Below the pieces are notes generated by a model. That model searched no databases. It was not told the DNA's origin and saw nothing but the letters and a program-made list of their open reading frames with translations. DNA of 14,574 bases from positions 14,133 to 28,706 of the forward strand of contig JAVZVY010000009.1 in assembly GCA_038878295.1 (NCBI GenBank), in the 5' to 3' direction. The position numbers were made by a program, and so were the translations under genes. This DNA comes from Candidatus Micrarchaeaceae archaeon. Its GTDB lineage: Archaea > Micrarchaeota > Micrarchaeia > Micrarchaeales > CABMGC01. The first letter of the stretch is position 1. The number at the start of each line of letters is the position of its first letter. This document shows, one piece after another, positions 7,554-14,574 of the stretch.

Positions 7554-9158
7554 TTGCTCTGGCTTAAAGGCATTGTTGCGCTTTTTATCCTCGCCTTTTT
7601 GCAGCTCTTTGTAGCCGTACACGCTAGTCTATATGCGCTGAGCGGAGCCAATTCAACAACCATGATAAGTTCGAATATTTCGTCAACAAGCCCGGCTCTA
7701 GTGTTCGAGAGTAACGCGACGAACAATCTTGTTGACTGCGATGGCCATGGCATAAGCTCAACCGTGGCTGTAATATTTGGAAATAATACTTACAACAACA
7801 CCGTAGTAAACTGCAGCATAAACGGCGCCATAGTGAGCATGCACAACGCGCAAAACAATCTGATAAACGTGAGTGGAACGTACAGTTTAGATTTTTATGG
7901 AAACGGCTCGAACGTTGGCCTCGGAAACTTCGTGCACCTGCTAGTCTACGCTAGAGGCACAAACTTTTCAGTTGCTAGATTCATACAGATAATGCCAAAG
8001 GCGCTAATGGGCATGCCGTGCAATCTTATATCGATGGCTACAACAAAATCTTATTTGGAGAATTGCATAAAGCCATTCAACTACACCCTGCCAAGATTCG
8101 GCATTTACTATCCTAACACGAGCAGCAACGGCTCAAGCTATTTCCCGGTAGAAGCCGAGCAGATTTACAAAAACAAAATCATAAACTTTGATCCATACGT
8201 GCTTTACTCACCCTATTTGGGATATGATATGGTTTCTTTCACGTACTTCGACGCGACTTCGCAGTCGACATTCAGGCCAACGTACATAATGCCGCTGATC
8301 TATCCGTACGAGATATTTCCGGCTTATAGGGATATGCACATAAACTTTACCATAATTTTCCACAACTATACGAGATATTCAAAATTCAGGCTGCTCAACG
8401 GCTGGCAGAACGATCCAAACAACACGCTCGCTGCGACCTTCTACAATCTTACAAACGGAACGTTGAGCTACGACGCGGGCGTGCTAAAACCAGGTTTCTA
8501 CCAAAACATACTCTTGCTTGACACGCCGTACGAGCATGAGAATTCAACAACGCTGGAATATTCAGTCGGTCTCAGCTACTGTGCAGACAACAATCCAGGC
8601 ATTGTTGAAAGTGGCTATTACCCTTTTGCCTACAATTCGCTCAGGGATGTCAACGTTTTTTGGTTTAGCAGTAATCAGTGCTCTCTAGGCGTGAAGATTT
8701 CCGCATCAAACGTGACCGTAAACTGCATGGGCGGTAGTATCAACGCCACAGAATACGATTTTGAAGTGTACGGTTCAAGTAATGTAACCATAGAGAACTG
8801 CGTAGGTTACGGAAGGGCTCTTTATGCATATAGCTCTAAGGTAAATCTTACGAACGATACGTTCATAGCAAATTCTGCAAACCAGACTGCTATCGTGGCA
8901 AATCTATCCACAGTTTCATTGCATAGCGTAAACTTTTTCGGATACGCAGATACTTACACAACGGCCAATGGAACTGTTGTCGGCATCGGTTTTACAAATA
9001 ACGCAACAAAGGTTCAGGCTACAAAGCAAATGGTTGAGCTGCAAACCGGCAATACGCAATACCAGGTTCTACCTGCTGAAGCGATGGTAATGCTTGGCGC
9101 ATATGCGTGCGTTTTAATACTTGTTGTTTTATTATATTTACTGGTTAACAAGCGCTAG
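7554..9158 (+). CDS. Secreted, C-terminally anchored right-handed beta-helix (NosD/CASH/pectin-lyase-like) surface protein, ~534 aa
   Basis: Start reassigned to TTG 7554 (after GGTGTTAAA) because the track start 7485 lies inside the tRNA. Signal peptide LWLKGIVALFILAFLQLFVAVHA. Beta-helix-type motifs VDCDGHGI/NNTVVNCSI and SNVTVNCMGGSI/SSNVTIENC. C-terminal TM followed by NKR. Confidence 0.78.
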   Translation: MLWLKGIVALFILAFLQLFVAVHASLYALSGANSTTMISSNISSTSPALVFESNATNNLVDCDGHGISSTVAVIFGNNTYNNTVVNCSINGAIVSMHNAQNNLINVSGTYSLDFYGNGSNVGLGNFVHLLVYARGTNFSVARFIQIMPKALMGMPCNLISMATTKSYLENCIKPFNYTLPRFGIYYPNTSSNGSSYFPVEAEQIYKNKIINFDPYVLYSPYLGYDMVSFTYFDATSQSTFRPTYIMPLIYPYEIFPAYRDMHINFTIIFHNYTRYSKFRLLNGWQNDPNNTLAATFYNLTNGTLSYDAGVLKPGFYQNILLLDTPYEHENSTTLEYSVGLSYCADNNPGIVESGYYPFAYNSLRDVNVFWFSSNQCSLGVKISASNVTVNCMGGSINATEYDFEVYGSSNVTIENCVGYGRALYAYSSKVNLTNDTFIANSANQTAIVANLSTVSLHSVNFFGYADTYTTANGTVVGIGFTNNATKVQATKQMVELQTGNTQYQVLPAEAMVMLGAYACVLILVVLLYLLVNKR

Positions 9159-9175
9159 GCGCGCCAGATGATTTT

Positions 9176-9532
9176 ATGCAGGGACTCGATCCTAGGGAAA
9201 TAAAAAACATGATGAAGCAACTAGGCATAAAGAGCGAGGAGATAGCCGCAAACAGAGTCGTAATTGAGGGCATCGAGAAGGACGTAATAGTGACCAATCC
9301 GCAGGTAGTACTGATGGATATGCAGGGCGTCAAAGTATTCAACATCAGTGGCAATGTCGAGGAGCGGCCAAAACGCCTGGATATTGAAATAAGTGATGCG
9401 GACGTACAGTTTGTGAAGGAGCAGGCTGGCATAGAAGACGATGAAGCCGCAAGGCGCGCGCTCGAAGAAAGCGGAGGCAACATAGCCGAAGCTGTGATGC
9501 GCCTAAAGAAAAGCAGTGCTAGTACCTTATAG
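9176..9532 (+). CDS. nac: Archaeal nascent polypeptide-associated complex protein (NAC domain plus C-terminal UBA-like domain)
   Basis: Signature DPREIKNMMKQLGI...VVIEG...VIVTNPQV..MDMQG..F.ISG, and C-terminal DVQFVKEQAG...ARRALEESGGNIAEAVMRL. Confidence 0.93.
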   Translation: MQGLDPREIKNMMKQLGIKSEEIAANRVVIEGIEKDVIVTNPQVVLMDMQGVKVFNISGNVEERPKRLDIEISDADVQFVKEQAGIEDDEAARRALEESGGNIAEAVMRLKKSSASTL

Positions 9533-9830
9533 AATAGACCTGCGCAAAAGGCACGCCTCTGATCCTCTTCACCTCCTTTTCCTTTACTATTTTCTTTTCC
9601 AAGAAAATGCCGACGGCGCGCTTTCCCACTATGTTTGCAGAATAGATGTCGCTTATGTCTATCATGCCTTTCAGTTTTTCTTCATCAACGAGCTCGCCCT
9701 TATAGAATTCTGCGTACTTGTCAAGATCGAGCTTCGCGTTTCCGTCAGAAAGAGTTTTCCCAAGAAGTTCTTCGTCGCAGAGCGCTATGATGCTGCCGTT
9801 TTCTGTATCATATTTTCTTATGTATATCAT
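9519..9830 (-). CDS. DUF424 family archaeal protein
   Basis: Motifs IIALCDEELLGK, FYKGE, ANIVGKRAV and IRGVPFAQ are typical of DUF424. Its 3' end overlaps nac by 14 nt. Confidence 0.85.
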   Translation of the reverse strand: MIYIRKYDTENGSIIALCDEELLGKTLSDGNAKLDLDKYAEFYKGELVDEEKLKGMIDISDIYSANIVGKRAVGIFLEKKIVKEKEVKRIRGVPFAQVYSIRY

Positions 9831-9833
9831 AGA

Positions 9834-11378
9834 CTAGCCATATTTGTACAGTAGCACAGTAGTGCTGCCGTAGAGCGCAGCGTACCACGCCAGCCAGAAT
9901 GCGCCCGCGATGTTGTTTCCGAAGACAGCGACGGCGGCAAGCATTGCGAGCAAAGAAGCAAATGAAAATTCAACAAAAGAATTTTTAAGCACGTTTCTGA
10001 AATTGCCCTTCACGTTATGAGATTTAACCCATGATGGCGACCACGATGGAGCGATGCGGAATATCGCAGCCAAGGCCGCTTCGGCTCTTGTGAAAGCGAC
10101 AGCGAAATTAAGAAGCATGACCATGAGGCCGTACTTAAACGACTTGAAGTATTCCCTAAGCACGAGCAGAGGACCTATCAGGGAAGTGAATGCGAGAAGC
10201 GTAAAGAATGCACTTAAGGCTATTTGGGACTGGGATGGGTGCAGTATCGCGCTTATGCTGAGCGAGCCCATAGGCAGGCCGGAGAAAACTATCGCTATTG
10301 TAAGTATCGTAAACGCGATCATCATTATTGACAGGTAATTGAGCCCGAATCCATGGGCAAGATAGTCTATGCGGTCCATCATCCTGACGTCCTTGGAGCC
10401 GATGTTTTTTGTGCAGTAGGCCATGAATTCTGTGCCGCCGTAGTTGTAGCGCCATTGCTGCTTAGCGAATGATGTGAATTTGCTCATGGGCCTGCCAAAT
10501 GCATAGACTTTCGGAATGTAGACGCCTTTTACGCCTTTGAGCTTAGCCTTAAACGAAAAGAATGTATCCTCAAGCACAACTTCTGGGAAACCGCCAAGTC
10601 TGACTATCGAGCTGCGCCTTATCAGGGCGCATGAACCAGCATATATAAGCGTACCGTTAACAGACCTTGCTGGCTGTATGAACTTGAAGAAAAAGCCATT
10701 AAGCAGGTTTATTGAATTCGCAAAGAAGCTTCCAGAAGCGTAGCGCTTCTCAGTCTGCACAAAGCCGACGCTCTCGTCGCTGAAATACGGAAGCAGGTCC
10801 TTAAGGAAATTCCGGTTTGCAAGATATTCGTCAGCATCGAATATTGCTATGAACTCTTCGTTCGAATGCTTTAGAAAATTGTTAAGCGCACCAGCCTTAA
10901 AGCCTTTCCTAGTGCGCCTATGCATGTACTTTATGCCGTTTTGGGCTGAGAATTTTCTGAGCTCATTTACAGCAGTCGCATCAGTTGAGTCATCAAGAAG
11001 GTATATGTGCATTTTTTCTTTCGGATAGTTCATGAGCTTAAGTTTGCTCAGTGTATTTTCTACGAGCTTGACATTTTCTTTATATACTGGCACCGCGATG
11101 CCGACGCTTGGGAAATAGCTAAGCTGCTTGACGCTGGGCTTGCTCATATGATTTTTGAATGAGCGTGATTTATAGTACCAGACTGCAGTAATCGTGTTGT
11201 ACGCCGCCGCTATCAACGCTATTGTGAGGAAGGCGGACCCTATTATAATTATATTTATGCTGTTAACAGTTGCCAGCAGATAAGCTGCAAATGAGATGCT
11301 GAGCAATGAGGAGAATATTATAAACACAGCAACCAATAGCCTTCTAGCGTCATTAAGTACCAGAACCTCACCCGACAA
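9834..11378 (-). CDS. Cellulose-synthase-like processive glycosyltransferase family 2, multi-TM (start position uncertain)
   Basis: Two N-terminal TMs; motifs PVYKE, LDDS, RKGFKAGALN, FDAD, VQT, GSCAL, EDT, QQWRY; several C-terminal TMs. Its stop lies 3 nt before the DUF424 ATG, suggesting an operon. Confidence 0.9.
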   Translation of the reverse strand: MSGEVLVLNDARRLLVAVFIIFSSLLSISFAAYLLATVNSINIIIIGSAFLTIALIAAAYNTITAVWYYKSRSFKNHMSKPSVKQLSYFPSVGIAVPVYKENVKLVENTLSKLKLMNYPKEKMHIYLLDDSTDATAVNELRKFSAQNGIKYMHRRTRKGFKAGALNNFLKHSNEEFIAIFDADEYLANRNFLKDLLPYFSDESVGFVQTEKRYASGSFFANSINLLNGFFFKFIQPARSVNGTLIYAGSCALIRRSSIVRLGGFPEVVLEDTFFSFKAKLKGVKGVYIPKVYAFGRPMSKFTSFAKQQWRYNYGGTEFMAYCTKNIGSKDVRMMDRIDYLAHGFGLNYLSIMMIAFTILTIAIVFSGLPMGSLSISAILHPSQSQIALSAFFTLLAFTSLIGPLLVLREYFKSFKYGLMVMLLNFAVAFTRAEAALAAIFRIAPSWSPSWVKSHNVKGNFRNVLKNSFVEFSFASLLAMLAAVAVFGNNIAGAFWLAWYAALYGSTTVLLYKYG

Positions 11379-11675
11379 AATAACGTGGTAGCTTCAATTG
11401 TGTATCAGCTTTGAGACTATTCACTATGAAACTTTCGGCGTATGTTTTAAACCAGTTAAAACTTCTTACAGTGCCCTTTGAATCTGGAGGAGTTCGAAAC
11501 TTGTATAGCATTCTAGAGCCCATAGCACCATATCGCAATCAACATTTATATATTTATATACGTATATTAGCGTGGCACTGTAGACCTGGCACCGCATCAA
11601 TGCGATATCTATTCTTTGCAGTGTGGAGTCAATAAAAGATAAATAAAATAAGTTTTTATAATCATCTGTTTATTT

Positions 11676-13109
11676 ATGCATGCAGGCGATTTGCTGGTTA
11701 CAAAGTATGCTTATTTTACTTCAGCACTTCTGCTTCTTGGGCTTATTATGCTTGCCTTTATATATCATGTAAACGGCCCTGAGTGGGACCTTATAGCACA
11801 TTACCTCAACTCAAAGAGCATAGCCAATGCTGGCATATACGCCAATGCCGCCCTTGCGACTAACAACTATGGCACGATAGAAGCTGCTGGCATCTATTTC
11901 GAGGACTTCAGGGCACCGCTGAGCTCTCTTGTCATGCTTCCGTTAACACTCCTAAATTCAAGATATGCGCTCCTCGGCTATGTGATGCTTGTTTACCTGC
12001 TGCTCATCTGGGCTTCCACGTACCTTGCTGATGCGCTGGGAATGAACAGGCTTGTGACTTACGCTGCTTTTCTCAGCCCCTATCTGCTGTATTTTGGCTT
12101 CATAGTCAATGGCACAGAGGCGTTATCGGCTGCGCTTCTTCTCTTCGGGCTCGGTCTCATTTCCAAAAGGAGCAGCTATGCAGGGATTCTATTTGGCCTT
12201 GCGGCGCTCGCCAAATACCCTGCAATGATATTCTTCCCCCTGCTGTTCCTCCTTAGGAAGCCTAAGAAGATATTTTATGCTTTCCTGCTCGAGGCAATAG
12301 TCATACTGCCTTGGCTGCTTTTCAACTATGACGTTTTCGGAAACCCGTTGGCGAGCTATATGAACGCCTTCGATATTGCGCTCATTACTCCTTTTGAGCC
12401 CCTGTATCTCGGAACTATACTAAGCGTATTCTGGTATCCTGCACTGCTCTGCACCATTGCAATTTTGCTATTTTACATGCTGAGATTCAGGCTAAAGCCA
12501 AGAATGCGGGAAAAAATATTCATTCCGAAGAGCATGGCCGGAGAGATTGTCATTGGCTTTTTAGTGATTTCAATAGTCGAATTCATGCTCGTCGGCTGGC
12601 ATTATGATGTTTTCTCGCAATCGCGTTTCGGCTACCTCAGTTATTTTGGGGTATCGCTGGCGGCTGCGTACATGCTCAGCAGGATTAACAAAATACACAG
12701 ACGTATTTATGGATTAAACCTTGGAAACCTTCCGTTTGTAGTAGCGGCAATCTGCTTCATCGTGCTAGCGTACTATGCATTTGCATTCCACTCTTCAATG
12801 GCATACTACAATTACGCATTGTACAACACAAATGGCGCGGCTTCGGTCTTCAGCTATGCTAAGAGCGAGCTTTATGCACTTGGCTACGGTAACTGCAGTG
12901 TGATATCAAATGCCTGGGTGCCTATGAAGTATGTTGGCGTCAATGCTTATATGCCGCAGTATTACGGCATTGATGAATCGCAATATGTAGTGGTCTCGTT
13001 CAAAAACGTCAATGTAAAACCGAAGATAAGCGGCTATATCAATGAATCCAGGCCTGTTTTCGAGAGCAAGTATTTTGAGATTTTGGTCCCAAAAAACCTG
13101 ACATGTTGA
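11676..13109 (+). CDS. GT-C fold polytopic glycosyltransferase (ArnT/PMT_2-like, lipid-linked sugar donor)
   Basis: Roughly 10-12 hydrophobic segments. First-loop WD motif and EDFRAPL, then TEALS and GILFGLAALAKYP. Soluble C-terminal domain. Confidence 0.8.
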   Translation: MHAGDLLVTKYAYFTSALLLLGLIMLAFIYHVNGPEWDLIAHYLNSKSIANAGIYANAALATNNYGTIEAAGIYFEDFRAPLSSLVMLPLTLLNSRYALLGYVMLVYLLLIWASTYLADALGMNRLVTYAAFLSPYLLYFGFIVNGTEALSAALLLFGLGLISKRSSYAGILFGLAALAKYPAMIFFPLLFLLRKPKKIFYAFLLEAIVILPWLLFNYDVFGNPLASYMNAFDIALITPFEPLYLGTILSVFWYPALLCTIAILLFYMLRFRLKPRMREKIFIPKSMAGEIVIGFLVISIVEFMLVGWHYDVFSQSRFGYLSYFGVSLAAAYMLSRINKIHRRIYGLNLGNLPFVVAAICFIVLAYYAFAFHSSMAYYNYALYNTNGAASVFSYAKSELYALGYGNCSVISNAWVPMKYVGVNAYMPQYYGIDESQYVVVSFKNVNVKPKISGYINESRPVFESKYFEILVPKNLTC

Positions 13110-13205
13110 CAGCTTTATTAAGGCAGTCAGCACACGCGCGCTAACTTTATCAAAGTAGAAGGTTATCAGTCCAAAGCAAGCTGGCACAGCCTGCTAGGAA
13201 GAATG

Positions 13206-14192
13206 TCACTTTCTGTAAGCATCCTTGATTTCCTTTGGGCTGCGGACGGGGTCTTGCCTCCTCAGCAACTCAACGAACGCTTTATATGGATCAACAGCCT
13301 TGCCGTTAACAACCTTGCACTCAGCTTCGTTGCTGGCAAGGCCACTTGTTTCGAAGATGTAGTAGTGCTTGCCTAGAGTCTCCTCCCTAGACGAAACTTT
13401 GTCAAGCGATATGGGTATTTTTGGAGTGCGTTCTGAATCATGCAAAAGAGCCTTATCAGCTGATATTATCTTGTCTACAATCTTTTCACCCTTGTTTGCA
13501 ATGCCTTCAATCGTCCTCATCTTTAATAATTTGCCGATTTTAGTTTCAGACAGAAGTGTTGTAAATCTCCATATGAGTGTGTAAGAGTTGCTCCTTGCAA
13601 ATAACTTTTCTATATCTTTTTCAACCTTCTCGAGTTCCTTTGCACGCTTCTCAAAATATCGGGCTTCCTTGCGCACATCGTGCGCGGTACCGCTGATTAG
13701 CGGCAATGGCAATGGCATTGAAGCTCTCTTCTTAGATTCTCTCTTCTTGGAGTTATAGTCTATCCATGCTTTTTCAGCGAACCGAGCAAGCGTCTTGCGC
13801 GATTCTGATAAGGTAGTGGGTGTTTTGACCTTTTCCACAGCCTCTAGCATGCGTTGTCTAGCTTTGTAATAGCCACTATTGAAACTATTTTTTTCGATTT
13901 CTTCAGCTATATAACGACGAATTTCGTTTATGCCTGTGAGCAGATCATTCAATTTTCTTTCAAGCCCGTCGAATTCTTTATAATGGAGGTTTCCTAGATG
14001 GCCGAGTATCTTTCCTGAGATGTCTGTCATAGAGTCTTGCGGTCTTTTTAATCTGCCAAGGGCTTCCAAGATGCTTTTATGCTCTGAAACTATCTTCTTT
14101 TCCAAAGCACCGGTCTTCATCTTACGGATTGCTCTGCCGGAATTGGGCACTGACTGATCTGTTGTTACATAATCTTCTAATTTAAGCGGCAT
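13206..14192 (-). CDS. Hypothetical basic, helical soluble protein (328 aa)
   Basis: Long ORF with GGAGG SD 4 nt before the ATG and an upstream TATA. K/E/R-rich; no recognisable domain. Confidence 0.75.
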   Translation of the reverse strand: MPLKLEDYVTTDQSVPNSGRAIRKMKTGALEKKIVSEHKSILEALGRLKRPQDSMTDISGKILGHLGNLHYKEFDGLERKLNDLLTGINEIRRYIAEEIEKNSFNSGYYKARQRMLEAVEKVKTPTTLSESRKTLARFAEKAWIDYNSKKRESKKRASMPLPLPLISGTAHDVRKEARYFEKRAKELEKVEKDIEKLFARSNSYTLIWRFTTLLSETKIGKLLKMRTIEGIANKGEKIVDKIISADKALLHDSERTPKIPISLDKVSSREETLGKHYYIFETSGLASNEAECKVVNGKAVDPYKAFVELLRRQDPVRSPKEIKDAYRK

Positions 14193-14240
14193 ACAACCTC
14201 CATCTCCTAATTTTATATGTAAATATTACATTTATTTTTA

Positions 14241-14248
14241 TATTTAAA
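14241..14248 (-). promoter_or_regulatory. TATA box for the 328-aa gene
   Basis: Minus strand reads TTTAAATA about 50 nt upstream of the ATG, in an AT-rich intergenic tract. Confidence 0.4.
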
Positions 14249-14349
14249 GGTTGTCATTTATTTAATTTTGTTGAGTAAATTTATGGATTTTGCAAATAGC
14301 GCCAGATGCACCTGAACGCGTCAGGTTTATGCGCCTAAACGTGGCAAGG

Positions 14350-14357
14350 TATAAAAG
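14350..14357 (+). promoter_or_regulatory. Candidate TATA box for tRNA-Ser
   Basis: TATAAAAG preceded by purine-rich GGCAAGG. It would give a 5' leader of about 35-40 nt. Confidence 0.4.
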
Positions 14358-14449
14358 CTTCTGCTGCCATACTTTGTATGCGTTTGGGCTAAGGCTTTAG
14401 TATGCCCAAATGCACGTGCCGGAGTGGCAGAACCAGGTTAATGCGCCAG

Positions 14450-14460
14450 AAAGTGGCGAA
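14450..14460 (+). other. 11-nt tRNA intron at position 30/31 (relaxed BHB / BHL type)
   Basis: Central helix CGCC(14444-47)/GGCG(14455-58) with 3-nt bulges AGA and AAA. Cutting after the second bulge nucleotide regenerates the anticodon arm exactly. Confidence 0.8.
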
Positions 14461-14498
14461 ACTCGAGATCTGGTTGCCTTTGGCAATCTGGGTTCAAA

Positions 14499-14518
14499 TT
14501 GGCTTAACGCCATGAATC
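14499..14518 (+). other. 20-nt tRNA intron at position 59/60 (strict hBHBh')
   Basis: Outer helix CTGGG/CCCAG, central helix TTCA/TGAA, bulges AAT and TCT, inner helix TGGC/GCCA. Splicing restores the T loop TTCAAAT. Confidence 0.9.
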
Positions 14519-14574
14519 TCCCAGCTCCGGCGCCATTTCAGCGACGCTTGACATGTCTTGCTTCGTAAATTCAT

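Larger units (their letters stand above)
14418..14535 (+). tRNA. tRNA-Ser(CGA) with two non-canonical introns; CCA encoded
   Basis: After removing 14450-14460 and 14499-14518: acceptor GCCGGAG/CTCCGGC, G73, CCA; D arm GCA/TGC; anticodon arm CCAGA-CTCGAGA-TCTGG; long variable arm TTGCC-TTT-GGCAA; T arm CTGGG-TTCAAAT-CCCAG. Confidence 0.93.

Noticed and set aside
7439..7753. 104-aa minus-strand ORF
   Set aside because: Antisense shadow of tRNA-Ala and the beta-helix gene.
9145..10743. Opposite-strand or alternative-frame ORFs over nac, DUF424 and GT2
   Set aside because: Shadows of genes with clear family motifs.
11411..11635. 74-aa intergenic ORF
   Set aside because: TTG start, no SD, no motif, and it spans AT-rich promoter-like sequence; not supportable.
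14504..14574. Minus-strand open frame (..EFTKQDMSSVAEMAPELGDSWR*) overlapping the tRNA-Ser 3' end, possibly an integrase or other gene end
   Set aside because: Too little sequence before the window edge; no motif and no att duplication seen.

Overview
Archaeal chromosomal window, most likely from a DPANN archaeon of the Micrarchaeota/ARMAN type. This is an inference from the archaeal NAC and DUF424 genes, BRE/TATA promoters with apparently leaderless genes, a tRNA carrying two non-canonical BHB introns, and large orphan surface proteins. From left to right the window holds: the 5' end of a divergent gene; a 1718-aa Cys-rich, membrane-anchored surface protein (beta-propeller blades, a 6-Cys tandem repeat, an Ig-like C-terminus); a 584-aa membrane-anchored, very basic protein with a 39-aa internal repeat; a 39-aa hyper-acidic ORF missing from the ORF track; tRNA-Ala(TGC), directly followed by a secreted beta-helix (NosD/CASH-like) protein whose likely start is TTG 7554; nac; DUF424; a cellulose-synthase-like GT2 with a QxxRY variant motif; a divergent GT-C (ArnT/PMT-like) glycosyltransferase; a basic helical orphan; and tRNA-Ser(CGA) with an 11-nt intron (30/31) and a 20-nt intron (59/60), preceded by a hairpin-rich region. 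No CRISPR array or mobile element was seen. The best candidate for an undescribed system is the cluster of giant surface protein, basic membrane protein and acidic micropeptide, and that link is speculative.
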